From the NCBI GenBank assembly GCA_002792635.1, contig PFOR01000015.1, positions 6,744 to 70,743 on the forward strand: a stretch of 64,000 nt of DNA, given 5' to 3'. Below the pieces are notes generated by a model that ran no database searches, had not been told where the DNA came from, and saw only the letters and a program-made list of their open reading frames with translations. A program made the translations under genes and the position numbers. Source of the DNA: Candidatus Pacearchaeota archaeon CG_4_10_14_0_2_um_filter_35_33 (GTDB lineage Archaea; Nanobdellota; Nanobdellia; Pacearchaeales; GW2011-AR1). Below, in pieces: positions 44,014 through 53,885 of the stretch (the first letter of the stretch is position 1; the number at the start of each line of letters is the position of its first letter).

Positions 44014-44436
44014 ATGAATCGAAAAGGAGTTGCCCCTGCTTTGATTATTGTTGGTGTTTTGGTAGTTCTGGCTCTAGGCGGATATGCTGTTATTAAGTCG
44101 GGCGAACCTCAAGCAGTTGAAGGGCAAGAGGTTGATGTTAAAGATGTGCAAGGAGCAGGAAACCCTATTGTTAGAAGTGGAAATGTTATAGAAGTAACTG
44201 ATTCTTGGTTTAGCCTTAAGGAGCTAGAAGTTGGTGTTGGTGATAGCGTTACATGGGTTAATAAACAATCAAGAGTGAGCTGGCCTGCAAGTGCTATGCA
44301 CCCTACCTATACAGTCTATCCAGAATCAGACATAAAAAAGTGTGGGACACAGGAAAAAGATGAAACATTTGACGCATGCAAGGGGCTTGGATTTGAGGAA
44401 AGTTATCAGTTTACATTTAATGAAGTTGGAGAATGA
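44014..44436 (+). CDS. Anchored cupredoxin-like protein, apparently truncated by an in-frame TGA (frame continues to 44490)
   Basis: ..VGVGDSVTWVNKQ.. and ..SYQFTFNEVGE*AYHDHLMPSMFGKVIVK*. The C-terminal strand of the fold lies after the TGA. Confidence 0.55.
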   Translation: MNRKGVAPALIIVGVLVVLALGGYAVIKSGEPQAVEGQEVDVKDVQGAGNPIVRSGNVIEVTDSWFSLKELEVGVGDSVTWVNKQSRVSWPASAMHPTYTVYPESDIKKCGTQEKDETFDACKGLGFEESYQFTFNEVGE

Positions 44437-44530
44437 GCATATCACGATCATCTTATGCCTAGCATGTTTGGTAAGGTAATTGTTAAGTAATAAGAATTAG
44501 ATTTATATATCTCGGTTTGTTGTTTCAAAA

Positions 44531-45523
44531 ATGAATAAGAATGGAGGACTTGCAGGGGCTGTTGTGTTGGTTGTTTTAATAGCTATACTTATTGGATCTT
44601 TATGGTTTTTGTACCAAAATCTTCCTGGAAGCATTCAAGAACTAAAACCTATTGGAAACGGTGGAGATGACAGTATAAGGAGAAACGTAGATTATGACAC
44701 TGGCAACTTTACGGAAAGTGGGCAATTCTACCCAAACATGAGATTTGCAGATAGACAGATAAGTTACAATGTAGCGGATGAATGTGATGATAAGAAAAAG
44801 AGAGAGGTGGATGAAGCCTTTGACACGATTGAGGATAATACTGTTTTAAGATTTATTAGAGAGGGAAATTCAGCTCAGATAAAGGTTCTTTGTTCGGAAG
44901 ATGCTCCAGAGCCTGAAGGAGAGGGGCATTTTGTCGCTGGAGAGGGAGGGCCAACGGAAGTTATCAATACAACTCTTTATTCGGTAATTTTTGCAGGGCA
45001 AATGTCTTTGTATAGGGATGATAAATGTGATACACCTCACATTGCACTTCATGAAGGCTTGCATGTTCTGGGATTTGACCATAATAATAATCCAAAAAGT
45101 ATTTTATATTCTACCTTGAATTGCGAACAGGAAGTTGATGACTACATATGGAGAGAAATAAATAGAATTTATGAGGATCCTGGTCTGGCAGATTTAAAGA
45201 TTACAGATGTTGTTGCAACTAAGGCTGGAAGATACTTGAATTTTGATATAGAGATTGTTAATCAAGGATTGATACTTGCAGACGATGTTAAGTTAACTGT
45301 GTATGGTGATGATGATGCTATTGAGTTTAAGGATTCTGAATCTGGAGTTACTCTACATTATATAGAAATCGGAGACATTAAAGTTGGAACAACTTATACA
45401 TTGAGAGTTGATAATGCTAGGATGTCTGGGAGGGGAGTAGAAGAGGTTAGGTTTGTTGTAGATGTTAAGAATGAAATAGATGAATTATTTGAGGACAATA
45501 ACGATCTTACATTGACTGTTTAG
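44531..45523 (+). CDS. Membrane-anchored metzincin-type zinc metalloprotease with C-terminal beta-sandwich (CARDB-like) domain
   Basis: HEGLHVLGFDH (HExxHxxGxxH). The tail ..DLKITDVVATKAGRYLNFDIEIVNQG.. is CARDB-like. Confidence 0.75.
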   Translation: MNKNGGLAGAVVLVVLIAILIGSLWFLYQNLPGSIQELKPIGNGGDDSIRRNVDYDTGNFTESGQFYPNMRFADRQISYNVADECDDKKKREVDEAFDTIEDNTVLRFIREGNSAQIKVLCSEDAPEPEGEGHFVAGEGGPTEVINTTLYSVIFAGQMSLYRDDKCDTPHIALHEGLHVLGFDHNNNPKSILYSTLNCEQEVDDYIWREINRIYEDPGLADLKITDVVATKAGRYLNFDIEIVNQGLILADDVKLTVYGDDDAIEFKDSESGVTLHYIEIGDIKVGTTYTLRVDNARMSGRGVEEVRFVVDVKNEIDELFEDNNDLTLTV

Positions 45524-45706
45524 CTGAGTTAAGTTCTTCCTCAACTTTTCTATCCTTTTTGCCAACTTGGCGTTGACTTATTCTTTCATAAAAATTCGAG
45601 AAAAAACTCATATTTAAATCTTTCTTTTGTTGTAATTATATAGTAATTAATTATATGGTTATTCTAAAGCAGATAATCATTTAAAGAAACAATTTGTTTG
45701 ATTTCA

Positions 45707-46672
45707 ATGAATAATGAGAGGTTAAAAGAGATTGTTAATCGGTTTAATGAGAATAGCGTTGTTGTCCTGGGGGATGTTGTGATAGATAGTTATGTTTATG
45801 GAAAACCCAGAGGGCATAATCCTGATAAAGATGGGAAGCCATTGATAACAGTTCAAAAGGAAAGTTTGTTTTTAGGGGGAGGAGGCAATTCTGCTGCAAA
45901 TGTGGCATCTTTAGGCGGGAGTTGTGTTTTTTACACTGCTGTTGGAAATGACAGTAATTCCGAAATTGTTAAGGGTATTTGTGAAAAAAACGGAATAGTT
46001 CCCTTTTTTGTCAGGGAAGGAGACACCATTGTTAAGAGAAGAGTATTAACCAACGATGGTGAATATATGGCAAGAGTCGATCATGGAGAACAGGATTTAA
46101 ACGATTTGTCAGAAGAATCCAAGAAACAAATCTTAGAAAATATAAAAGAAAAAAATCCTAAGGTTATCCTATTATCTGATTATAATAAAAGATTGTTTAG
46201 AGGGAATTTAAGTGAAAGTATTATTGCGTATGCCAAAAGAAATAATATCAAAGTTATGGTAGACCCAAAGCCGGTTAATAGCAATAAATTTAAAGGCTCT
46301 TTTCTTTTTTGCCCCAATTTGAAAGAAGCTAAGGAAATGATAGGAGACATTAATGATTTTGAGGAAATTGCTAAAAGAGTCAGGGAAAAATCTGGATGCG
46401 AGAATGTTATTGTAACTTTGAAAGATAAGGGGTTAATTTGCTATGATGGTTGGGAATGCAAGATTATTCCAAGTTATGCCAGAAATGTTGAAGACACGAT
46501 GGGGGCTGGAGATACATTGAAGGCGGGAATCGCTCTTGCTTTGGCGGCAGAAGCAAATATCTTTGATGCAGCAGAAATTGGAAGTCATGCTGTTGCAATC
46601 GCTGTAGAAAGAAAAGAGACAACGGTTGTTAAATATCAGGAATTATTAGATAGAATTGAGAAAGAATTATAA
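45707..46672 (+). CDS. PfkB-family carbohydrate kinase (RfaE domain-I-like)
   Basis: ..GGGGNSAANVASLGG.. and the ..GAGDT.. anion hole. The listed ORF starts at a TTG (45698). Confidence 0.8.
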   Translation: MNNERLKEIVNRFNENSVVVLGDVVIDSYVYGKPRGHNPDKDGKPLITVQKESLFLGGGGNSAANVASLGGSCVFYTAVGNDSNSEIVKGICEKNGIVPFFVREGDTIVKRRVLTNDGEYMARVDHGEQDLNDLSEESKKQILENIKEKNPKVILLSDYNKRLFRGNLSESIIAYAKRNNIKVMVDPKPVNSNKFKGSFLFCPNLKEAKEMIGDINDFEEIAKRVREKSGCENVIVTLKDKGLICYDGWECKIIPSYARNVEDTMGAGDTLKAGIALALAAEANIFDAAEIGSHAVAIAVERKETTVVKYQELLDRIEKEL

Positions 46673-46675
46673 AAA

Positions 46676-46819
46676 TCCCCTCACCAAGAGTCGAACTTGG
46701 GTAACTCGGGTTCTGCAATGTTCTAACGAACACACACTGCTTGCGTTTCATCCTTTTCCCGAGGGAATGTCCACGCTAATCCTCTACAGCCGAGTGCTCT
46801 ACCGTTGAGCTATGAGGGG
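46676..46819 (-). tRNA. tRNA-Tyr (anticodon GTA) with ~73-nt intron at 37/38
   Basis: Acceptor CCCCTCA/TGAGGGG (C1-G72, the archaeal Tyr identity pair). D arm GCTC-AACGGTA-GAGC. Anticodon stem CTCGG..CCGAG is split by the intron. T arm CCAAG-TTCGACT-CTTGG. Confidence 0.85.
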
Positions 46820-46939
46820 ATGGTTTAATTAGATTGAAAGGGTTTTAAAAGGTTGTGCTGTCTAATTTGGATTATATTTCTTAGCTTCCTGAGATAAGGC
46901 ACTACAGAAATCTGAATGAATTCTATCCATTAAAGTATT

Positions 46940-47116
46940 TCAAATTTGTAGTATTCCAGCCCTTGCTTCTGACACGTCTTGGTCATTTAAATCGTAAAGT
47001 CCATCTCCAGATATCATATATGCTTTTGTGATTGAACTCTGTGTGATTCTCAATCCTTCTTCAATTTCTGCGGTTTGTTCTTCGAAGGTTTGTTCTTCAA
47101 AAGGTTTTCTTGTCAT
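46940..47116 (-). CDS. Candidate 58-aa acidic protein with tandem FEEQT
   Basis: Hand-found: MTRKPFEEQTFEEQTAEIEEGLRITQSS.. No family recognised. Confidence 0.25.
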   Translation of the reverse strand: MTRKPFEEQTFEEQTAEIEEGLRITQSSITKAYMISGDGLYDLNDQDVSEARAGILQI

Positions 47117-47148
47117 GCAAATCTGAGAAAGGGAGTGTTCTTAAATCT

Positions 47149-48513
47149 TTAACTCCCTTCTGCAGCAAAGCTTGTTTTGTTGGATTGTGTTACATATGGG
47201 GTGTTGTTAAATTTATATGATGCTGTTGCTACAGGAAGCTCGAATGTTCCAACAACTTTTATCTTTGAATAGATTAGATAAGAAAATGTTCTTTCCTCCC
47301 CTGCGTTCAACCTGGAAATATTCCAATGAACTGTTCTAGATTTCTCATCAATCTTATCTGGTTTTGTTCCAAATTTTTCGTGTATTTTCGTCATTCCGGG
47401 AATTCTATCTGTTATTTTGATGTCTTCCAGTCTCTTTCTTGCTCTTGCTTTTACTCTTACCTTGAGTGCAAATTCTCCGCCTTTTGTTTTGACAAAAGAG
47501 ATTCTCTTTTTGAGAATTAGATTTGACCTGATATAGAATTTCGCCACAACTATCACAAGAATTACCAATATGATTATTAAAAGAGGGATTGTGTAGTTAG
47601 TGGTTGTCGTTATTCTGATAGACTCATTTGGTTTTAGACTTCTAGACCATGTGTATTCAACTAGTAGTCCTGACCTTTCAGTAGTTTGAGGGATTTCAGA
47701 GTGGGTTGTAAATAACCTTGTTAATACATTTTTAGTTTGAGTTATTGTTGCGATTGTTGGTACATTTCCTGCATTTGTTTTCTCGGTTATTGTTGTTCTG
47801 CTTATTATTCCGGATGTAGCCTGTGCTGAAATTATTCCATCTTTTTCAAGATAATTTATTTCCGCTTCTGTTAGAGATTCTGCTCCTAGATATGAAAGAG
47901 ATATTTGATAATTGTAATCGTCAGCCTCAAGGTCTCTTATATCTTTAGTTATCGGTATTTCCAGTTCAATTTGTTCTTGTGGATTTAGGGATATTGTTTC
48001 TGAATATTCGAAGAATCTCGATTCCAATTGGAGAGAGATATCTTTAATTTCTCTTTCTTCCTTGTTTTTTATCACTAATGTTGCTGTTTCATCATCTGGA
48101 AGAATAATTAATGGTTGAAATTCAAGAAGTTCCGATAGTGAGACTATTTTTAATCTTAAGGAATTCCTGTAGGTCCCTGGCTGTTTTCCTGCGATTCTGT
48201 ATTCAAAAGAAAACCATCCTTCATTCTCTTCCATAACCTTTCTAGAAGGGGTGGCAGTTATCATTATCTCATTAGTAACTTCATATGGAATCCTAAACTC
48301 TTCGGGATTAATTTCTACTCCAACATAGCTGAATATTTTAAACTCTGTGCTAGTTAAATCGTTGTTTGTGATTTTAAGCTTGTATACTGCAGACTCATTT
48401 AGCTCTTTAATTAAAATATTGCTGATTTCTGTACCTTGGGCCTCTATATCCAGGGCAGATATTACGGCTAAATTAAGCAATAATAAGAGCGTTACAATCG
48501 CCAATTTTTTCAT
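47149..48513 (-). CDS. Type I membrane protein: large extracellular beta-rich region, one helix, C-terminal DUF11/CARDB-like domain
   Basis: 454 aa. Signal peptide, helix IPLLIIILVILVIVVAKFYI, and the tail ..ITDRIPGMT..WNISRLNAGEERTFSY. Confidence 0.6.
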   Translation of the reverse strand: MKKLAIVTLLLLLNLAVISALDIEAQGTEISNILIKELNESAVYKLKITNNDLTSTEFKIFSYVGVEINPEEFRIPYEVTNEIMITATPSRKVMEENEGWFSFEYRIAGKQPGTYRNSLRLKIVSLSELLEFQPLIILPDDETATLVIKNKEEREIKDISLQLESRFFEYSETISLNPQEQIELEIPITKDIRDLEADDYNYQISLSYLGAESLTEAEINYLEKDGIISAQATSGIISRTTITEKTNAGNVPTIATITQTKNVLTRLFTTHSEIPQTTERSGLLVEYTWSRSLKPNESIRITTTTNYTIPLLIIILVILVIVVAKFYIRSNLILKKRISFVKTKGGEFALKVRVKARARKRLEDIKITDRIPGMTKIHEKFGTKPDKIDEKSRTVHWNISRLNAGEERTFSYLIYSKIKVVGTFELPVATASYKFNNTPYVTQSNKTSFAAEGS

Positions 48514-48557
48514 TAGAATTGAAATTATGGGCAGTATATAAAAATATATGTTCTATC

Positions 48558-49061
48558 TTATTTTCTTGCTTCTAAATCAAAGAATTTCTTTATATCGTTC
48601 TTCAAATCCTGAACATATTTCATGGTCTTAATTTCCATTGCCTCAGTTCTTGAAGGAATAATATATTTTTGATAAAGTTCCTTGAAGAATTTTTGTAATC
48701 CTGAATGTTCCCACTTGCTTGAATAATCTTTGACAAGAACTGCCTTAAATGTTATTTCGAGTTCCTGGAATTCGTTGGTTTTTAGTCTTTTCCCATCCAC
48801 TTCTATTTCTATTGTCTTCATGCCTCTTACCTTTGTGACCATTTCTATTTCAGCCCTAAAGTAATCCGTCAGCTCCTTTTTTGATTCCCATTTTATTTCT
48901 AAATCTTTTACATCACCGTTTATCTTTTCGTTATATTGTTTTTCGGTTATGCTGAAGTCCTCTGCCCCAAGCCAGCGATACATAAAATTATAGAATTCTC
49001 TGATATCTCCAATTCCTTTATGTTTGAAAACTTCCTTAAGTACTGTGTCTTTCTCAGCCAT
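48558..49061 (-). CDS. Hypothetical protein
   Basis: 167-aa ORF. Confidence 0.5.
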   Translation of the reverse strand: MAEKDTVLKEVFKHKGIGDIREFYNFMYRWLGAEDFSITEKQYNEKINGDVKDLEIKWESKKELTDYFRAEIEMVTKVRGMKTIEIEVDGKRLKTNEFQELEITFKAVLVKDYSSKWEHSGLQKFFKELYQKYIIPSRTEAMEIKTMKYVQDLKNDIKKFFDLEARK

Positions 49062-49102
49062 CTTTTATTAATTAGATTGGAAAAGATTGTATATAAATGT
49101 TA

Positions 49103-49444
49103 TCAGTTTTCTAGAATAGTTATTCTATCAGCTCTTTTATTGCCTTCAATAATTTCTGAGGTGGAATAGATTTCTTCTGAAAGGGACCTATACGCGAAAC
49201 GTGCTCCAGGATAATCTGTTCCCGGTCCATATATTTGCAACAAGTTTCCTTGTAGGAAACTAATGCTTGCTTCTTCCCCAATATTCATTAACTCAGAACA
49301 AAGTTGCTTTTTGGTTTTTGTAGGAGAATCAATTATGTTTAGAGTTATTTGCTTGTCTGGAAGCACAAACCCCATGGTTACAGTTAGTGCTAAAATCGTT
49401 CCTAGTTCAAACAATTTTGTCCTATTTCTCATAAATTTAGTCAA
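49103..49444 (-). CDS. Hypothetical anchored protein
   Basis: 113 aa with an N-terminal hydrophobic segment. Confidence 0.45.
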   Translation of the reverse strand: MTKFMRNRTKLFELGTILALTVTMGFVLPDKQITLNIIDSPTKTKKQLCSELMNIGEEASISFLQGNLLQIYGPGTDYPGARFAYRSLSEEIYSTSEIIEGNKRADRITILEN

Positions 49445-49462
49445 ATCCTGACTTTATAAAAG

Positions 49463-50023
49463 CTAATATAAATTTTCCCTGCAGGCAGGGCATAAAAATC
49501 TGTCTTCTACTCTTAATAATTCTGAGTATTCACCACATTCTTCGCACATTCCATCGCTTTGCGAAGAATCAAGGGATAGTTTTTTGAGCTTCCGAGATTC
49601 TTCTCTTATTGAAAAAACCTCTCCAAAGCTGGTATAAATGGAAGGGTCAATTGCCAGGATGTCTTTTAAGGTTATAATGCCTACAACTCTTCCTTTTGAC
49701 ATTACAGGAAGCCTTCTAAAGCCTACTTTTTTCATTTTTTTAATGGCCTCGTTTACGTCAGAGGAGGGCTTTGTTATAGCGACTTTTCTTGTAGCTATAT
49801 CGATTGCCTTCACCTTATTTAAATCGATATTTGACTTTTTTGTTATTGTCCATAATATGTCTCTTTGGGTTATGATTCCTAGAAGTTTGTCTTTTTTTGT
49901 GACTAACAGGGAATTGACTTTTTGCTTAACAAACTGCTTTGTGCAGGCTAAAAGATTCGTATCAGGTGATACAGAAATGAACTTTCTCGTCATGACGTCC
50001 CCAACAGCTATCTTCTTGAACAT
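49463..50023 (-). CDS. CBS-domain pair protein with C-terminal zinc ribbon
   Basis: Two CBS repeats (..VGDVMT..; ..RRLPVMSKGRVVGIITLKDIL) and CEECG..CPAC. Confidence 0.8.
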   Translation of the reverse strand: MFKKIAVGDVMTRKFISVSPDTNLLACTKQFVKQKVNSLLVTKKDKLLGIITQRDILWTITKKSNIDLNKVKAIDIATRKVAITKPSSDVNEAIKKMKKVGFRRLPVMSKGRVVGIITLKDILAIDPSIYTSFGEVFSIREESRKLKKLSLDSSQSDGMCEECGEYSELLRVEDRFLCPACRENLY

Positions 50024-50381
50024 CTACCCTCTATTATCATCTATTATTAAAGAATATATGTTATATTAAAATTGTGGTGGAGTAGATAAATGCTTAAAAG
50101 GCTGTTTTAGAGGCTCTGGCTTACAAAGTTCTCCGATTGGAAAACTGGGCTTATTACCTCTCTTGCTAGAGCATCCTCTTCTATTTGCTTTATTAAACCA
50201 AATAAAGGTCTTTCTTCTGCCATACAGATGGAGATTTTAATGGAGATTTAAAGGTTTTTATTGGATTGGCTTTGTTAAATAAGTCTTCTTTTTAGCCTAC
50301 TTTTTTATTCTTAACTTTCACAATCTTCATATCAATAGGTGCCATGATAAATTATATAAGTGTATCGATACCATAATTTAT

Positions 50382-50699
50382 ATGAGAGAAGAATTAGAGC
50401 TATTGCAAAAACTCGCAAAGCGAACTAAAACCTGTTATAATGAAAAATTTATTTATAGTTTAAACAATGGAGTTGCAGATTTAGATGATTTAATTAATGG
50501 AGGTTATATGAGAACTGAGAATATTGTTAGTAAAGGTAATGAAGAAAAATTTTATAAAATAACTCTTAAAGGTTGGGCCTTTGTAAATCAGTTAAAAGAA
50601 AGGAAAAGTCAAATAAAAAATATGAAATGGCAAATTGGTCTAACAATAGCCGTTTTAGGCTTAACTTTAATGGGTTTAGTTGTTTCAATTATGAAATAG
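50382..50699 (+). CDS. Hypothetical protein with C-terminal membrane helix
   Basis: 105-aa ORF. Confidence 0.45.
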   Translation: MREELELLQKLAKRTKTCYNEKFIYSLNNGVADLDDLINGGYMRTENIVSKGNEEKFYKITLKGWAFVNQLKERKSQIKNMKWQIGLTIAVLGLTLMGLVVSIMK

Positions 50700-50813
50700 A
50701 CTTTTTTAACTAACGCTACTTTTTTAACAAAGCCTATTGGATTTTATGGAAAAATTGGCTATATTATTCTCAAGAGTATAAATCCTTAAAAATAGGGTTT
50801 GGGGGGAATTAGT

Positions 50814-52409
50814 ATGAGTAATGATAAGCCCATTTATATTCTTCCTGAGAACGTTCAGAGGACGCTCGGGAAAGATGCCCAAAGGAATAACATTCTTGCA
50901 GCCAGGGTTGTTTCAGAGGTTGTTAGGACAACCCTAGGCCCTAAGGGCATGGATAAGATGCTTGTAGACAGTGTTGGAAATATTGTGGTTACAAATGATG
51001 GGGTTACTATATTGGAAGAAATGGAAATAGACCATCCGGCCGCTAAAATGGTTGTTGAGATAGCTAAAACTCAGGAGGAAGAAGTAGGAGATGGAACTAC
51101 AACTGTAGCTATGTTGGCTGGTAAATTATTGGAGAATGCGGAGAATCTGTTGGACAAGAAAATACACCCCACTGTGATTGCTAAAGGTTATAGATTAGCT
51201 GCTGAAAAGGCTAAGGAAATTTTGAATGGTATGGGAATTGACGTGGATTCCAGAGATGTTTTAAGAAAAATTGCTGTTACTGCGATGACTGGGAAAGGTG
51301 CAGAGGGAAATAGGGAAAAGTTAGCAGATTTAATTGTTAGTTCGGTAGATCAGGTGTCTTCTGGGAGGGAAGTGGAGGTGGATGATATAAAAATAGAGAA
51401 GATAAAAGGAGATGAAATTGGAAACAGCGAATTGATTCAGGGGATTGTCTTGGATAAGGAGGTTGCTAATGATTCCATGCCAAAAAGAGTTGAAGATGCT
51501 AGAATTGCATTGATTGATTTTCCCTTAGAATTAAAAAGTCCTGAAGCAGAGGCAAAAATTTCAGTATCCTCGCCAGAGCAGTTACAGAGTTTTATTGAAT
51601 CTGAAGAAAGATATTTGAAGGAAATAACTGACCGTATTATTATGTCTGGTACCAATGTTATCTTTTGTCAAAAAGGAATTGATGATGTCGCACAATATTA
51701 TTTGGCAAAAGCAGGAATAATGGCTTGTAGAAGAACCGCTAAAAGTGATATGGAAAAATTATCCAGGGCGACAGGCGGGAAAATTGTAAGTAATATTGAA
51801 GGTGTTAATGATAATAATTTTGGTAAATCCAAAATGGTTGAGGAAATTAAGAAAAATGATGATGGGATGATTTATGTTAGAGGATGTGAAAACCCTAGGG
51901 CTGTTACAATTCTAGTTAAGGCATCAACAGGACATGTCGTTGATGAAATTGAGAGGGCTGTTAAAGATGGTTTAGGTGATGTGATAGCAGCAGTTAAGTC
52001 TGGGAAAGTTGTTACAGGGGGTGGCGCTATTGAAATTGAGCTGGCAAAAAGATTGAGGCAGTATTCCAGAACATTGGGGGGTAGAGAACAGTTAGCTGTT
52101 GAAGAATTTGCTAACGCTCTTGAATTTATTCCTGAAACTTTAGCAGAGAATGCTGGACTTGATCCAATAGATATTTTGACTGAATTGAAGAAGAGACATG
52201 AGGATGGAATGGAAAGAGATGGCCTTAACTTGTTTAATAATAAAATAGAAAATTGTTTTGAAGCGGGAATTGTTGAACCCTTAAAGGTTAAGACTCTGGC
52301 AATTAATTCTGCATCTGAAGTTGCTGTTATGATTTTGAGAATTGATGATGTTCTCATAAGTTCTGGTAGCAAGCAGATGCCTGCTAGCCCTTATGCGGGA
52401 ATGGATTAA
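50814..52409 (+). CDS. ths: Thermosome subunit (group II chaperonin)
   Basis: ..[11 protein letters not shown].., ..VGDGTTT.. and ..VTGGGAIE... The first ATG is at 50814; the listed ORF begins at a TTG (50799). Confidence 0.95.
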   Translation: MSNDKPIYILPENVQRTLGKDAQRNNILAARVVSEVVRTTLGPKGMDKMLVDSVGNIVVTNDGVTILEEMEIDHPAAKMVVEIAKTQEEEVGDGTTTVAMLAGKLLENAENLLDKKIHPTVIAKGYRLAAEKAKEILNGMGIDVDSRDVLRKIAVTAMTGKGAEGNREKLADLIVSSVDQVSSGREVEVDDIKIEKIKGDEIGNSELIQGIVLDKEVANDSMPKRVEDARIALIDFPLELKSPEAEAKISVSSPEQLQSFIESEERYLKEITDRIIMSGTNVIFCQKGIDDVAQYYLAKAGIMACRRTAKSDMEKLSRATGGKIVSNIEGVNDNNFGKSKMVEEIKKNDDGMIYVRGCENPRAVTILVKASTGHVVDEIERAVKDGLGDVIAAVKSGKVVTGGGAIEIELAKRLRQYSRTLGGREQLAVEEFANALEFIPETLAENAGLDPIDILTELKKRHEDGMERDGLNLFNNKIENCFEAGIVEPLKVKTLAINSASEVAVMILRIDDVLISSGSKQMPASPYAGMD

Positions 52410-52462
52410 TCTTAGATAAATTATTTAAACTGATTTTTGCGGTTTATTAAAGGGTAAACGAA

Positions 52463-52684
52463 ATGATGAAACCAAAAGGACTGGATAGTGTTGGTATGGA
52501 TGATATAAAAAGTATTATCGGAAATGTATATGGCCTATGGAGATTTAAGGGGAAGGAAGAGTTTGATGCTAAATCTGAGAAAGACAAAGAATTAGATAGA
52601 ACAACTAGGGATTCTTATGTTGATAGATATGTTAGAGCAAGATTTGAGAAAAGTCCACAAGGCAGGAAATATTTAAGGAGTTAG
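52463..52684 (+). CDS. Hypothetical protein
   Basis: 73-aa ORF. Confidence 0.4.
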   Translation: MMKPKGLDSVGMDDIKSIIGNVYGLWRFKGKEEFDAKSEKDKELDRTTRDSYVDRYVRARFEKSPQGRKYLRS

Positions 52685-52932
52685 TTAAAATCTTTTTCAA
52701 ATAGTATCACTGCACCTAAGAGGTTTCTTATATATGGGTGAAGCGAATTTCTTTGGTCGCCTATTATCTGAGCGACACTAACACCAGATTTTCTAATATT
52801 CCATATATTGAACAACTCTGTTTTTGATTAATATTCCCATGGGTAATAAATGTTTTATGAAAAAATTATCAAAAAGTGTATGTTTGAGATTTTGGATGTT
52901 GATGATGTTTTGAGGCACCTTAGAAATAATTA

Positions 52933-53061
52933 TGCGGTGTCGGGGAATCGAACCCCGGTCTGCGCGTTTTTACCTTGCCCTCATCTTCGCAAGGTGAAAG
53001 CTTGAGAATCGTAGATTCTCATTGTTGGCAACGCGCTATTCTACCACTAAATTAACACCGC
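52933..53061 (-). tRNA. tRNA-Gly (anticodon GCC) with 58-nt intron at 37/38
   Basis: Acceptor GCGGTGT/ACACCGC. Anticodon stem GCGCG..CGCGC with loop TTGCCA|intron|A. T arm CGGGG-TTCGATT-CCCCG. The intron holds two hairpins: GAGAATC-TAC-GATTCTC and CCTTGC-GAAGATGAGG-GCAAGG. Confidence 0.85.
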
Positions 53062-53136
53062 ATGGATTTATGAGAAATGGCGATTTTATAAAAGTGTTGA
53101 TTAAGTTTAAAAAGCGCATATTTGTTATTTGTTAGA

Positions 53137-53207
53137 GGCCCCATAGTCTAGTGGTAAAATGGCTCGTTTACACCGAGCAGTCCGCAGTTCGATTCTGCGT
53201 GGGGCCA
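53137..53207 (+). tRNA. tRNA-Val (anticodon TAC)
   Basis: Acceptor GGCCCCA/TGGGGCC. Anticodon stem GCTCG/CGAGC with loop TTTACAC. T arm CGCAG-TTCGATT-CTGCG. The D stem is weak. Confidence 0.8.
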
Positions 53208-53327
53208 TTATGAGTGTCGACTTAAGGGAAAAGCAAGAAGAGGCTGAGGAAGCAAATGCTGGTGTTTTTTATAATATTGGGAATAATAGGGATGCATTAG
53301 AAAAGGACGAAACAATGGCTTCTGAAT

Positions 53328-53672
53328 ATGGTATTCGTAGATGAAGTGGGAAATTATTTTTTTGATGGGATTAGGCAAATGCCCGCCTCTAACGAACATA
53401 CAGTTAATTTCGTTCCAAACTTTGCAAGAAGGGAAACACAAAGTTACCTGAAACAAAATTATGGGGAAAAAGAAGAAATTGTTCTAGAAGGAATCCAAAG
53501 AGGAGAGCATGGGTTGATTAATAGATTAATTGGTAGAGTTAAGAGTTATTTTTCTCCTGTAGATGACGGAATTGAATGTGATTCATGCGGGGAACAGATA
53601 GAAGGAGATGAAACCAATAGGATGGGACTAATCAATTTTATCATGATAGTCCTTGTTTGGTTGATGTTGTAG
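53328..53672 (+). CDS. Hypothetical ORF, possibly frameshifted
   Basis: 114-aa ORF containing CDSCGE. An alternative frame continues ..FYHDSPCLVDVV.. to 53797, so the boundaries are uncertain. Confidence 0.3.
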   Translation: MVFVDEVGNYFFDGIRQMPASNEHTVNFVPNFARRETQSYLKQNYGEKEEIVLEGIQRGEHGLINRLIGRVKSYFSPVDDGIECDSCGEQIEGDETNRMGLINFIMIVLVWLML

Positions 53673-53750
53673 AATTTGAAAGGAGAGAAACAGGAAATAG
53701 CAGAATAGCAAATGTTGACGTTGTCTCGAGGAAAAGGGCATTAAAAATTG

Positions 53751-53885
53751 TTAGAACAAGTCAGAACAGGAACGAAAATAACCACACTCACACTTAAGTT
53801 TACATTTCTGAGGTTCAAGAGTTTTACCACACACTTCACAGATTAAATAATTATCATCTTCATATTGGAGATCTATGAATTCCAT
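53751..53885 (-). CDS. Candidate 44-aa zinc-ribbon protein
   Basis: Hand-found: MEFIDLQYEDDNYLICEVCGKTLEPQKCKLKCECGYFRSCSDLF*. Its ATG overlaps the stop of the VIT gene (TAATG). It conflicts with the alternative + frame noted for 53328..53672. Confidence 0.35.
   Translation of the reverse strand: MEFIDLQYEDDNYLICEVCGKTLEPQKCKLKCECGYFRSCSDLF

Noticed and set aside
41664-44436. In-frame TGA codons as evidence for TGA reassignment (Gly or Trp) or selenocysteine
   Set aside because: TGA clearly terminates many well-supported genes here, often in ATGA stop/start overlaps (for example 17037, 17621, 27336, 36983). TAG and TAA also occur in-frame in other broken genes. Nonsense mutations or consensus errors are the simpler explanation.
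52690-52860. Possible small HTH gene on the minus strand (..SGVSVAQIIGDQRNSLHPYIRNLLGAVILFEKDFN)
   Set aside because: Only ~45 codons are open and there is no ATG, only a possible TTG. It is probably a fragment and is too weak to annotate.
53159-53344. Listed ORF MARLHRAVRSSILRGA..
   Set aside because: Its 5' part is the body of tRNA-Val (53137..53207), so it is spurious as annotated.
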